Notes: a model not told the origin generated them from the sequence alone. 49,175 nt of DNA from a virus (IMGVR_UViG_3300014208_000010:1-49175); one strand, 5' to 3'. Shown: positions 9,097 to 18,196, counted from the stretch's first letter. Translations and numbers: made by a program.

Positions 9097-9237
9097 ATGA
9101 AAATCATAAGAAAAATCAAAGTGTGGTGGTATGGAAAATGCCACTTCTCGGGTCATAAGTGGAGAACAATTACCGATCACGAGAACTTTGACTACAAATA
9201 CCGCGCCTGTATCCGGTGCGGAACACCCAAAGAATAA
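9097..9237 (+). CDS. Small Zn-binding protein (DUF1660-like, 46 aa)
   Basis: CHFSGHKW...CIRCG. Confidence 0.6.
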   Translation: MKIIRKIKVWWYGKCHFSGHKWRTITDHENFDYKYRACIRCGTPKE

Positions 9238-9240
9238 GAA

Positions 9241-9285
9241 TTATCCACAGGTAAAACTGTGGATTTTTTGTTGACGTGGTATAAT
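9241..9285 (+). promoter_or_regulatory. DnaA box, inverted partial box and extended -10 promoter
   Basis: TTATCCACA 9241-9249; TGTGGATTT 9258-9266; TGGTATAAT 9277-9285. Confidence 0.7.
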
Positions 9286-9316
9286 TAAAGTATTATTCAT
9301 TAACCATAAAAACTAT

Positions 9317-9604
9317 ATGGTAAGCCAAGAAGAAAGTCTGCTATCCACAATCGTGGTAGCGTTAGTAGATAATCCGTCTGATGTCAAAGTAGAAAAGACA
9401 ACCGACGAAATGGGTGTATTGCTCTCAATATCACTCAACCCAGCCGATATGGGAAAAGTAATCGGGCGAGAGGGTGCGACAGCGAAAGCTATCCGCGCTA
9501 TTATGCGTGCCGTTGGAATGAACCGCCAAGCACGTATCAACGTTAAAATCGTTGAACCAGAGGGAAGACAAAAGAATTATCGCGAGGAAAAAGAAGTTTA
9601 CTAA
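9317..9604 (+). CDS. khpA: KH-domain RNA-binding protein (KhpA/YlqC family)
   Basis: LVDNPSDVKV...DMGKVIGREGATAKAIR with a GxxG loop. Confidence 0.9.
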   Translation: MVSQEESLLSTIVVALVDNPSDVKVEKTTDEMGVLLSISLNPADMGKVIGREGATAKAIRAIMRAVGMNRQARINVKIVEPEGRQKNYREEKEVY

Positions 9605-9620
9605 ATAAAATGTTATCAAA

Positions 9621-9744
9621 AATTGGGGTAATGGAGAATGAGGTAGTAATCGGCTCACTTGATGTAACCTACGGAAGCATCGGCGCTGATGTTTCGGTAG
9701 AGCAATACGAAGATGTGCCGTCCCCTATTCCCACTATCCCGGTT
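9621..9744 (+). ncRNA. Candidate rod-shaped ncRNA (about 124 nt)
   Basis: Nested complementarity: AATTGGGGTAATGGAGAAT/ATTCCCACTATCCCGGTT; CGGC/GCCG; CTAC/GTAG; GAAGCATCGG/CTGATGTTTC. Confidence 0.55.
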
Positions 9745-9760
9745 GGAGATAATTAAAAAC

Positions 9761-9979
9761 GTGGAAAACGACAAAACAATAGTGAAAGATATAGTTTGGC
9801 GTCCTATTACAGAACTATGCGCTAGCGACGAAAACAAAAACGTTCTCGTATGGGGAAAGAAGATCAAGGAGGGAAAGTTTGTACCGTGTTGGCAAGCAAC
9901 GTATTTGATGTCCGACTTGAAGTTTATGACAAGTGATATGGTGGTAGAGTATTTTGCCGAAGTCCCCGAACCTAAATAA
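9761..9979 (+). CDS. Hypothetical protein (GTG start)
   Basis: WRPITE...NVLVW...YFAEVPEP, a DUF551-like layout. Confidence 0.55.
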   Translation: MENDKTIVKDIVWRPITELCASDENKNVLVWGKKIKEGKFVPCWQATYLMSDLKFMTSDMVVEYFAEVPEPK

Positions 9980-9983
9980 GCTT

Positions 9984-10283
9984 ATGAACGACCTAAAAAA
10001 CAGAATTTCCGCTCTCAAATTTCACCAAGTAGAACCGTATTCAGATTTTTGGGAGAGGACACACACGAACGGAGATAAGATAACTACGAGCGGTTTTACG
10101 GCAAAGTTTCACAACCAAATCATTGACGAGGTGTTAAGCGTCATAAAAGAACCAAAGAGTAACGCTATTCTAAATGAGTTCGGAAGAGAAACGAGAAACG
10201 CAGTGCGAGAGGAGAGAGAAGACCGCCGGAGAGAACAACAACACACCTATTTCAAGTATGGAGGAATAAGAAAACCCTTATAA
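9984..10283 (+). CDS. Hypothetical protein
   Basis: ATG 9984, tightly packed. Confidence 0.55.
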   Translation: MNDLKNRISALKFHQVEPYSDFWERTHTNGDKITTSGFTAKFHNQIIDEVLSVIKEPKSNAILNEFGRETRNAVREEREDRRREQQHTYFKYGGIRKPL

Positions 10284-10287
10284 AATT

Positions 10288-10977
10288 ATGGCATACAAGA
10301 CATACAAAGAAATCCGAACCCACAGTGGGAAGATAGACGGAAGAACAACACGTCCTTTCAGTATTCGCAAGACAAAAGCTCTTGAAATTTATTTGGACGC
10401 AAATGGACGCAAATCAAAAGCAGTAGCGATAAGGGAAGCAGGATACCCAGAGTCAACGGCAAGACACCCAGATAAAGTCTTTTCGCGTTCAATAGAAAAG
10501 CTTATGGACGAAATGGGAGTCAACGAGAAACTTGGTATGGAGATATTACAACGAAACGCCAAAGCAAGAGTTCCGGTACATTTCACTTTCCCCCCATTCA
10601 ATTCAGCAAAGGACGAAGACGGCGGAGAGGACGGTGATGATACCGGAGAGAATATGGGCGAAAGGTTTGGAGAGCAAATGACAGATACACAGATACGAGA
10701 ATATATGGAGGGAGCAGGTTGCCGAGTAACGCGTATCGTTCACGGAGATATGGCACGACACGTTTATGGGTACGGACAAAACAATAAAGCCCAGTTGGAA
10801 ACCGCGAAGATGATATTTGAACTCACTGGCTCATTCGCCCCAAAGAAGATAGAGGGAAAGCACGACCACCGCGTTGGTATATTCTCAATGAAACAGTTGC
10901 GACAAGAAATGGAGAAAAGAAATATACAAGTAACCGACCCATTATTAGATAACGATAATCAAAATGGAAAACAATAA
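10288..10977 (+). CDS. Probable terminase small subunit
   Basis: SKAVAIREAGYPESTA HTH-like motif; lies just upstream of TerL. Confidence 0.65.
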   Translation: MAYKTYKEIRTHSGKIDGRTTRPFSIRKTKALEIYLDANGRKSKAVAIREAGYPESTARHPDKVFSRSIEKLMDEMGVNEKLGMEILQRNAKARVPVHFTFPPFNSAKDEDGGEDGDDTGENMGERFGEQMTDTQIREYMEGAGCRVTRIVHGDMARHVYGYGQNNKAQLETAKMIFELTGSFAPKKIEGKHDHRVGIFSMKQLRQEMEKRNIQVTDPLLDNDNQNGKQ

Positions 10978-11161
10978 AAATGGCGTAGAGGTAACGCCCG
11001 TTAAACAATTCAAATTCGCTATTCGCTTTCAAGACGGAGAGCGCGACGGCAAACCGCAGGACTTCGTGTATGGTTTCAACGTCGTAGCGGACGATGAAAT
11101 CACCGCAAAGGCGACAATGTTGCGACACTTGGAGGCGTGTGTTGAAGAACTGAAAAAGTAA
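10964..11161 (+). CDS. Hypothetical protein
   Basis: 65-aa ORF overlapping the upstream stop. Confidence 0.55.
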   Translation: MENNKNGVEVTPVKQFKFAIRFQDGERDGKPQDFVYGFNVVADDEITAKATMLRHLEACVEELKK

Positions 11162-11169
11162 TAAAACTA

Positions 11170-11207
11170 GCAACAGAGCCATAAAACGTGGCTCTGTATT
11201 GCATTTT
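11170..11207 (+). terminator. Hairpin / possible terminator before TerL
   Basis: CAGAGCCA-TAAAACG-TGGCTCTG followed by a T-rich stretch. Confidence 0.45.
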
Positions 11208-11224
11208 AAGCCCTCTCAAATTCT

Positions 11225-12940
11225 ATGGACGAACAACCTATCATATTAAAACACAGTATAACCGAGGATATTATGGAAGACGTGCAACACTTACAAAAGT
11301 GGGCGCGTGATGTGTTTTTGTTTGCGTCCGAAACAATGAATATGCTCCCGAGTGAACCAGTGGAGGAACTTCGCGACAGAGAAATCCCCTACACCGACCC
11401 AATGGGAAACAAACGGACAGCAAAACTATTCAGCAAGAGCGGAGAGCTATTGTGGAACGACCTCACTGTTTACGATAGGGAGATGTTTAAGAACCAAGAC
11501 CGAGCGAGCTTCAAGCAATACAACGGCACACGGTTTACGTGGCAACAAACTGTAATCCTAACCGCTTATAACCGAGCGATACGAACATTCGGGAAAGATA
11601 GCTTTGACGACATAGTGCGGTGGATCAGCGTACGTTCGGGACACGGAATAGGAAAGACGGCAGATATGAGCGTAATCGCTATTCACTTCCTATGGTGCTT
11701 CCCGGGTGCGCAGATAGGTATGACCGCGAACAGCGAGCAACAGGTGGAGGACATCTTTATGAAAGAGTTTTATGTATGGGCGAGGAAACTTCCTTTGTTC
11801 ATTCAGAACTGTATCGTTCAGACTTCCGACCACATTCAGATAGAAGACGATGAAGACTGGTTTTTAAGGGCGCAGGTTGCACGACCAGAAAAGCCCGAGG
11901 CATTGGCAGGACTCCACGGTAAATACGTTCTTATTCTCGTAGATGAGGCGTCCGGTGTGGCAGACAAGGTGTATGAGGTTATGAAAGGAGCGTTGACAGG
12001 AGATAACTATGTCGTGGTGTACTTCTCAAATCCAACACGAAACGAGGGAGAGTTCTTTGAGAGCCATAAAGACGGTAGCACATATACCAAACTGCATTTC
12101 AACAGCCGACACAGCCCGATAGTCCGCGACGGTTATGTGGACACAATGGAAAATCGCTATCCGCCGAACGGTACAGAGCATAGTGATGAAGTGAAGATAC
12201 GTGTAGACGGAGAATTTGCCGGAGTGAACGAAATGGACGACAAGGGCTGGATACCTCTATTTGCCAACGTGGTGATACATTTTGAACCAGAGCAGGGGCA
12301 AATCATAAACAGAGGAATAATCGCCGTAGACCCGAGCGGAAGTGGCAAAGACCATACGTCCGTGGGTATCAGGGACAATATCTATCTCAAAGAAGTGCTA
12401 AATGAAAACACAAGCAACGAAAAGGACTTGGCACGAAAGGTAGAAACAGTCCGGGACGCTTATAATTGCCAAAGCGCCGACATAGGCATTGACGCGTTCG
12501 GAGTGGGTGCGAAACTCGTGGCGAATATCAATACCAAGATAGGCGAAAGTGTAAACGCATTACTCACTGATAAACCACGACCCGGCACAGAGGACAGGTT
12601 TGTAACATTCAAAGACGAAATGGCGTGGGCGTTCAGAGAGTGGGTGTGTAATGGTGGTATAATTATTACCAATAACCCCGAAGCGTGGCTCAAAGAAATG
12701 AGAGCCGTGAAATTCAAACGCGTGGGAAAAGGACTCATTCACTTAATGGACAAGCCGACATTCAAGAAGATAAACAGTTTCAGCCCGGATAGATTTGATA
12801 TGGGGACGCTCACATTCTTTAAGGCGGACGCGACACGCCCGGTGATACTCACAAAGAACCAACTTGAAGCCGAGGAGAATAGGAAGTTTATTGAAAGCAC
12901 GAAGTTATCCACAGAAAACCACAACCTATCATCTATGTAA
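11225..12940 (+). CDS. terL: Terminase large subunit
   Basis: WQQ; RSGHGIGKT (Walker A); ILVDEASGV (Walker B); SNPTR; nuclease AVDPSGSGKD and SPDRFD. Confidence 0.95.
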   Translation: MDEQPIILKHSITEDIMEDVQHLQKWARDVFLFASETMNMLPSEPVEELRDREIPYTDPMGNKRTAKLFSKSGELLWNDLTVYDREMFKNQDRASFKQYNGTRFTWQQTVILTAYNRAIRTFGKDSFDDIVRWISVRSGHGIGKTADMSVIAIHFLWCFPGAQIGMTANSEQQVEDIFMKEFYVWARKLPLFIQNCIVQTSDHIQIEDDEDWFLRAQVARPEKPEALAGLHGKYVLILVDEASGVADKVYEVMKGALTGDNYVVVYFSNPTRNEGEFFESHKDGSTYTKLHFNSRHSPIVRDGYVDTMENRYPPNGTEHSDEVKIRVDGEFAGVNEMDDKGWIPLFANVVIHFEPEQGQIINRGIIAVDPSGSGKDHTSVGIRDNIYLKEVLNENTSNEKDLARKVETVRDAYNCQSADIGIDAFGVGAKLVANINTKIGESVNALLTDKPRPGTEDRFVTFKDEMAWAFREWVCNGGIIITNNPEAWLKEMRAVKFKRVGKGLIHLMDKPTFKKINSFSPDRFDMGTLTFFKADATRPVILTKNQLEAEENRKFIESTKLSTENHNLSSM

Positions 12941-12960
12941 AATCAAACGTGTGTTATAAT
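12905..12960 (+). promoter_or_regulatory. DnaA box plus extended -10 promoter
   Basis: TTATCCACA 12905-12913; TGTTATAAT 12952-12960. Confidence 0.6.
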
Positions 12961-12967
12961 TAAATAA

Positions 12968-13047
12968 ACTCACCCATTCGTAGGGACATTCAAGGGCAGT
13001 GCGTTTAACCAAATTCATTGCCGGGGAACGAAGACGATAAAGTGAGT
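12968..13047 (+). ncRNA. Candidate structured RNA 5' of tRNA-Met
   Basis: Closing stem ACTCAC/GTGAGT; inner stem GGCAGTG/CATTGCC; TTCGT/ACGAA complementarity. Confidence 0.4.
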
Positions 13048-13052
13048 GATAC

Positions 13053-13125
13053 CGCGCGGTGGTCTAGTCTGGTAGGACATCTGGCTCATAACCAGAGAGC
13101 ATAAGTTCAAATCTTATCCGCGCAA
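13053..13125 (+). tRNA. tRNA-Met(CAT), initiator (fMet)-like; CCA not encoded
   Basis: Acceptor CGCGCGG/CCGCGCA with C1:A72 mismatch; anticodon arm TCTGG-CTCATAA-CCAGA; T arm ATAAG-TTCAAAT-CTTAT. Confidence 0.9.
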
Positions 13126-13135
13126 CAATAAAATT

Positions 13136-15118
13136 ATGGAAGAAAAAAAACAAGAGGAAGTAAAAAAGAAATTGCACGCGTCCGTAATGGAGGCGTATGA
13201 CAATAACGAGGACGAAGCGAAACACGCTATTGCGGTTGTTGCTCAAATAAACAAAGACTTGGAGGGCAGAGAGAAAGCGTCCATTGTCCACAATGGTATC
13301 TCTTATTCCAAGGCATACGAATACAATGTCCGAAAGGGTATCAACTATGCACCGCCAAGAGAGCCGGGGAAAGAGAGAGAGGTTTCAATGGGGCTTGTAC
13401 ACGAAAAGATAATCGGATTTTGCGCGTTCTTCTTGAAAATGGTTTATAAGCGACAGGTAAAATGCTATGGCGAAGACGCAAAGGTTATCAAAGGACTTGG
13501 CGACATTTACGACCTTGCTATTGAACACTCGTACAGACTGGAACAGTTTATTAAAAAACTCGCTCTCATATACTGGGAGTTATTTTGCCAAGGCGACACG
13601 TTCATTCAAGAAGTGTGGGACGTTCGCAACATTCAAAACCGTATCGCAATGAAAGACGGACAGGAAATAACACCCGACCAAATGGACTACACGTATGAAT
13701 TTATGGACGGTTTAACCTATAAGGACGGCGAAATGGTACAGGTGAGGAAAGCAATAAGTAAAATCCTTGACGGACGAACTGTCATTTTGGGTAGTGAGGA
13801 GATAGAAGAAATCCAAGACCAACCGCGAATAACCATTGAAGAAGTAATCAGTACCCAAGACGCCAAAGAGATATACGGCTCACTCAAACGTTTCAAGTTC
13901 GTACCAGAGGAGAAAGAGAATATCGCGAATTGTCTAAACGGTGAAAAGGTAACATTGTTTGACGTTGACCGACTCGCAGACCCAAAGGCACAGAAGATAC
14001 TCCATATCGTGTGGGATAAAGAACACAACCTTTTTAATATCCTTTTGAACGGGATAATGCTTTTGCCAAGTAAAACAACCTTTAATCTATTCTATCCACG
14101 TGGGAACTATCCTATCACCAAAGTATCGGGAGAGAGAATGACTGGCTCGGCACGTTCACGCAGTGTCCCGGCAAAGACAAAGTTTAACGCAGACTTTGTG
14201 GACTGGGCGTTGAAAGGACTTGCGGAGAAATTTGAACAAGGTATTGACCCGGCATTATTGGTACACGGAAAATACACTTTGAGCAAAGACCTATTCAGAG
14301 CCGGACAAAGGACACACGGTATCAACAAAACGGACTATGAGAAAGCCGACCCGGACAATGCAGGTATCACAACATCAGAGTTTTCATTCGTTACAATGTT
14401 GAAATCTATCGTGGAGGCACAGACATTGAGCAAAACGACTTCCGGTGAGGTATCAAGCGAAACAGCAACCGCCGTGAATGAGGCACAAGCAAGCCAAGCA
14501 GAGAAACTCGGGTATCTTTTGGACGGAGTAGTGAATGGATTTATGGATATGGCATTAAGACGAGCTGAAACTTTTGAGAGTAAATACACTATCAAGGAAC
14601 GCGAAACTATCGTTGACGGAAAGAAAATCGCGGTGTATCAAAACTTCTCTGTTTCCATTGACGGCACAGACCACAATGTTTCCTTTGATGAGGGTTTGCG
14701 AAACGAGGACGTAGACCAACAAGCAATGAAAGACAAAATGTTTCAGACTTCTTTCAAGGAAACCAAAGAGGGTAATCCTACAAAATACTATCTCGCCGAC
14801 CCGAATTTTATACGACAAGGAAAGCATAGTATTCACATTGTAATCAAGCCGGAACGCGTGAAAGACACTATGACCCAAATTATGCAAATGCGCGACGAGT
14901 TCTCTTTCTTGAAAGATATGTGGGGAAATGGCATAGATATGGCAGAGTTGAAAAATGAGTACATAAAAATAACTGGAAGACCCGACAAGATATTCCTCCC
15001 GGCGGAAACAATGCGACTCAATAACGAACTGGAACAGATGAACGCAAACGCGCCGACTCCCAACGATATGGGGACATTCAACAAGCCAACAATTAAAAAA
15101 GCGTTAAACACAAAATAA
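13136..15118 (+). CDS. Portal protein
   Basis: 660 aa, directly after TerL; ETATAV..AQ segment like podovirus portals (position plus inference). Confidence 0.8.
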   Translation: MEEKKQEEVKKKLHASVMEAYDNNEDEAKHAIAVVAQINKDLEGREKASIVHNGISYSKAYEYNVRKGINYAPPREPGKEREVSMGLVHEKIIGFCAFFLKMVYKRQVKCYGEDAKVIKGLGDIYDLAIEHSYRLEQFIKKLALIYWELFCQGDTFIQEVWDVRNIQNRIAMKDGQEITPDQMDYTYEFMDGLTYKDGEMVQVRKAISKILDGRTVILGSEEIEEIQDQPRITIEEVISTQDAKEIYGSLKRFKFVPEEKENIANCLNGEKVTLFDVDRLADPKAQKILHIVWDKEHNLFNILLNGIMLLPSKTTFNLFYPRGNYPITKVSGERMTGSARSRSVPAKTKFNADFVDWALKGLAEKFEQGIDPALLVHGKYTLSKDLFRAGQRTHGINKTDYEKADPDNAGITTSEFSFVTMLKSIVEAQTLSKTTSGEVSSETATAVNEAQASQAEKLGYLLDGVVNGFMDMALRRAETFESKYTIKERETIVDGKKIAVYQNFSVSIDGTDHNVSFDEGLRNEDVDQQAMKDKMFQTSFKETKEGNPTKYYLADPNFIRQGKHSIHIVIKPERVKDTMTQIMQMRDEFSFLKDMWGNGIDMAELKNEYIKITGRPDKIFLPAETMRLNNELEQMNANAPTPNDMGTFNKPTIKKALNTK

Positions 15119-15122
15119 TCTT

Positions 15123-15518
15123 ATGGAAAACGACAAATCCAAAGAGAGTACGTTACAGACGTACCTATTATCTCGGGGACTTCTTAATCCCAAGGACGTA
15201 ACAGACGCAATCATTTCGGGGAAAACCGATATTGCAATGGGGGAAGAAATCTTGGTACACGACGACTTATTGGAACAGTGTGCAAATATACAAATGCACA
15301 ACAGAAAGGGCTTTGAAGCTCTTTTACGTTCGCGTATTACACCACTCGCAATGGAGTTGATAGTAACCGCCGTACCGGAAGAAACGATAGTGTTACGCCA
15401 AGCGATAATGGAAATATCTTCACTTCTTACCGACCTTGATAAACTCGCCGGGGAATATGTACGGCGAAACGAGGCGAAAGAAGTTGAGGAAAAAGAGGTA
15501 AATGAGGAAAAGTTATAA
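15123..15518 (+). CDS. Hypothetical head-module protein
   Basis: Between portal and scaffold. Confidence 0.65.
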   Translation: MENDKSKESTLQTYLLSRGLLNPKDVTDAIISGKTDIAMGEEILVHDDLLEQCANIQMHNRKGFEALLRSRITPLAMELIVTAVPEETIVLRQAIMEISSLLTDLDKLAGEYVRRNEAKEVEEKEVNEEKL

Positions 15519-15534
15519 GCTAACGACAAAATAT

Positions 15535-16356
15535 ATGGACGAAAATAATAAAGGTGGAGAAAAAGGCGGAGAGGGCGCACCAGTTGTGCCTGAACTCAAT
15601 GCGTTTGGTGAGCCAACCAAACAACCTGCGGAGAAAATATCCGAGGGTGGAGAGGGAGAGGGCGAAAAAGGAAAGGGTGAAAAAGAAACCCCGACTGATA
15701 AAATCGCCAATCTTTCAAAGAAGTTGGGAGAATACGAGCAAAAGGAAAAGGGCTGGGGCGAAACCCAAAAATCAAAGGACGAGAATATCAGAGCAATGAA
15801 AGCGACCATTGAGGGACTGAAAAAACAAATCGGCGAAAAGGGCGTAGAGAAAGGAGAGGGCGACAAAGGAGAGGGAAAGACTGTTTTATTCAAAGAGGTA
15901 AAGACATCAAAGGAACTCACACAAGACGAGAAAGACGAAATGACCGATACGGAAATCAAACAGTTTGACGAAATAGCGTCATTGAAGCAAGGAATGAACC
16001 AACTCGCCGAACTTATCGGAAAGAAGAACGCAGAGAAAGCACCGGAAGACAAGATAGATATTCAAGCAACGGTGAAAGCCGAAGCATTGAAACTCGCGAA
16101 GAATGACGTTGATATGGCGAACCAAATCATTGAAAGCGCCAAACAGTTTTCTTTTGCCGACCTTACTGTTGAAGAAATCGCGCAACGTGTAGAGAAGTCC
16201 GCGACACTTGTACCAACCTACAAACGTCCAAAAGAGCAGACCAATGCCGGAGGTGGAAAACCTGCTGGCGGTGGAACAGATACAGACCCTTACCACATTG
16301 ACGGAATTGTGAAAGACGTAACCGATAGAAATCGCAAACAGGGCTTTGACCTCTAA
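15535..16356 (+). CDS. Probable scaffolding protein
   Basis: ATG 15535; low-complexity G/E/K N-terminus and coiled coil; position in the head module. Confidence 0.7.
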   Translation: MDENNKGGEKGGEGAPVVPELNAFGEPTKQPAEKISEGGEGEGEKGKGEKETPTDKIANLSKKLGEYEQKEKGWGETQKSKDENIRAMKATIEGLKKQIGEKGVEKGEGDKGEGKTVLFKEVKTSKELTQDEKDEMTDTEIKQFDEIASLKQGMNQLAELIGKKNAEKAPEDKIDIQATVKAEALKLAKNDVDMANQIIESAKQFSFADLTVEEIAQRVEKSATLVPTYKRPKEQTNAGGGKPAGGGTDTDPYHIDGIVKDVTDRNRKQGFDL

Positions 16357-16407
16357 TTACAACACACGTGGTGTTTACAAACATTTATAAACTATTCATA
16401 AACCTAT

Positions 16408-17055
16408 ATGCAAAACGACAAAAACACAGGAAGCTCACCTGATAAAGAACCGAGCAACACTGGCGTTGGAACGACTATTCCCCCAGTAACCGCAACCAAT
16501 AACCTTGGCGACATTGGGGCAAAACTTGGTGCAAGCGTAGCCAAGCAAGAGGAAATAAAGAAAGTGTCAAACGAACCTATCCCGGAAACTCCTTTACCAT
16601 TTGATATGGCAAAACTCACAGGTGAACAGCTCAAACAGTTGAAAAGTATGTTGGCAGTAACTCCCGAACAGTCTGTACCGCAAGACGCTGGACACAAGAC
16701 AAAAATTCGTACAATGGGTGGACGGTGTGTGATCGCTATTAAAAACGCTTTTCTTTCGGTTATATACGATCCGGCAATGGGGCAAGAAAAGAACGCGGAA
16801 AAAATGCCTGTCAAATTCCTTGGCGACGAAGATTATACGGAGGTACTTTGGAAAGACTTTATGGAAAGTCCACGCGTAGAATGTGAAATCGTCAGCACTC
16901 GCGAAGAAAAATCCGTACGAAAAGAGGGAAAGATTATCCAACGAGAAACCGGACGCCTCATAGATATGGAAGTGAAAATGGTTACTCGCTTTATTACTAT
17001 CAAACTCCCGAGCGGTCAGATTGTGGAGATAGAAAACAGCGCGTCAAACGCTTAA
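16408..17055 (+). CDS. Hypothetical protein
   Basis: 215-aa ORF. Confidence 0.65.
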   Translation: MQNDKNTGSSPDKEPSNTGVGTTIPPVTATNNLGDIGAKLGASVAKQEEIKKVSNEPIPETPLPFDMAKLTGEQLKQLKSMLAVTPEQSVPQDAGHKTKIRTMGGRCVIAIKNAFLSVIYDPAMGQEKNAEKMPVKFLGDEDYTEVLWKDFMESPRVECEIVSTREEKSVRKEGKIIQRETGRLIDMEVKMVTRFITIKLPSGQIVEIENSASNA

Positions 17056-17058
17056 TAT

Positions 17059-17616
17059 ATGCAAGACATAAATAAGCCCACACCAGAAAAACAAGAGAGA
17101 TCGGAACAAGTAATGGTGATACTGGAAAGGTTTCGTGGAAAACCTATCAACCAAAACGTCCTTAACGAGTTTTGCAACCTTTATCACCTTGACGCAATGA
17201 CAATGAACGACTACGAAGACTGTTTGTTTCAGCAAGAACACGATGAACGTGTTGCAAAAGTTATTCCGGCGGTGTTTGAAATCTTGAAATCATATAAAGA
17301 CGTTCCGACATTCGCACCGAAGAAAGAACGCAAGGCAATCATTGACGCAAATGAAGACATTGAATGGCAAATTGCCAAAGTGTTTGAGGACTGCGGAGTA
17401 GTCAAAAGTGAACTTAAAATCATTACCGGAAATTTCGGAAGCAATTTGAAAATGATTATTGAGAACGCCGGGGAACGCGCGGTGAATATGTGCGACGCAG
17501 TATTGAGAGAAATCGGAGAGGACAAATTCGGTGTCGGGCTTCCTATCAAACCAATGGCGGAGTTCTATCGTGCGAAAGCAAAGAAATTATCAGAGGACTT
17601 GACAAAAACCCAATAG
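17059..17616 (+). CDS. Hypothetical protein
   Basis: 185-aa helical ORF. Confidence 0.65.
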   Translation: MQDINKPTPEKQERSEQVMVILERFRGKPINQNVLNEFCNLYHLDAMTMNDYEDCLFQQEHDERVAKVIPAVFEILKSYKDVPTFAPKKERKAIIDANEDIEWQIAKVFEDCGVVKSELKIITGNFGSNLKMIIENAGERAVNMCDAVLREIGEDKFGVGLPIKPMAEFYRAKAKKLSEDLTKTQ

Positions 17617-17626
17617 GGTATATAAT
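17599..17626 (+). promoter_or_regulatory. Consensus sigma70 promoter for a leaderless gene
   Basis: TTGACA 17599-17604, 16 bp, TATAAT 17621-17626; ATG at 17633. Confidence 0.8.
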
Positions 17627-17632
17627 ACAGTA

Positions 17633-17782
17633 ATGAAAAATGAAAACGGACAAATTCAAGATGTGGAAAGTCCTTTGGGGAAAATTATTGAGGAGGGTGC
17701 TTATGTTCTTGCCATAGGTATTGGGCTTTTAATTTTGGGATATGTTATCGCAATTATAGCGGTTGTGATAAGGGCGATATAA
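17633..17782 (+). CDS. Small single-TM protein (49 aa), moron-like
   Basis: MKNENGQIQD...AYVLAIGIGLLILGYVIAIIAVVIRAI; has its own promoter and terminator. Confidence 0.7.
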   Translation: MKNENGQIQDVESPLGKIIEEGAYVLAIGIGLLILGYVIAIIAVVIRAI

Positions 17783-17817
17783 TAAAAAATACCTCTAATT
17801 AGAGGTATTTTTTATTA
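17780..17817. terminator. Bidirectional terminator (38-bp perfect palindrome)
   Basis: TAATAAAAAATACCTCTAA-TTAGAGGTATTTTTTATTA between convergent genes. Confidence 0.85.
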
Positions 17818-18196
17818 ACTTTGTTGTCTTATTGTGGCATTCTCTACAAAGCCAATTTACTTCTAGTGGTTTTGAATAATCTTTATGGTGAGCTTGTGTT
17901 TTTGTTTTTTGTTTACAAATTTCACATACTTCTTGTTTTGTAAGGAAACCTTTTTTAACATAGTAACTTACCATTGCCCTCGCGATAATTTTATGACGAT
18001 TTTTTTTATACTGTCTTTTCATCATTTCATAATAAACTTTTTTTCCCGACTCTGTTTTTCTATAATTTCTTGAATTAAGAGATTGGCAAGTTCTACAAGA
18101 GTAATATCTATATTTTTTACCATTCCTCACGCTTACGGAGTCAACAAAATCCCCGTTATTTATTTTACAATGCCTACATATTTTTTTATTTTCCAT
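17795..18196 (-). CDS. HNH-like endonuclease (only clear minus-strand gene)
   Basis: ATG 18196; CRHC...CRTC; CEICK...AHHKDYSKPLEVNWLCRECH; more AT-rich than its surroundings. Confidence 0.85.
   Translation of the reverse strand: MENKKICRHCKINNGDFVDSVSVRNGKKYRYYSCRTCQSLNSRNYRKTESGKKVYYEMMKRQYKKNRHKIIARAMVSYYVKKGFLTKQEVCEICKQKTKTQAHHKDYSKPLEVNWLCRECHNKTTKLIKNTSN

Noticed and set aside
9713-9760. ORF-track start at 9713
   Set aside because: It overlaps the rod-like RNA; GTG 9761 after an AT-rich leader is more plausible
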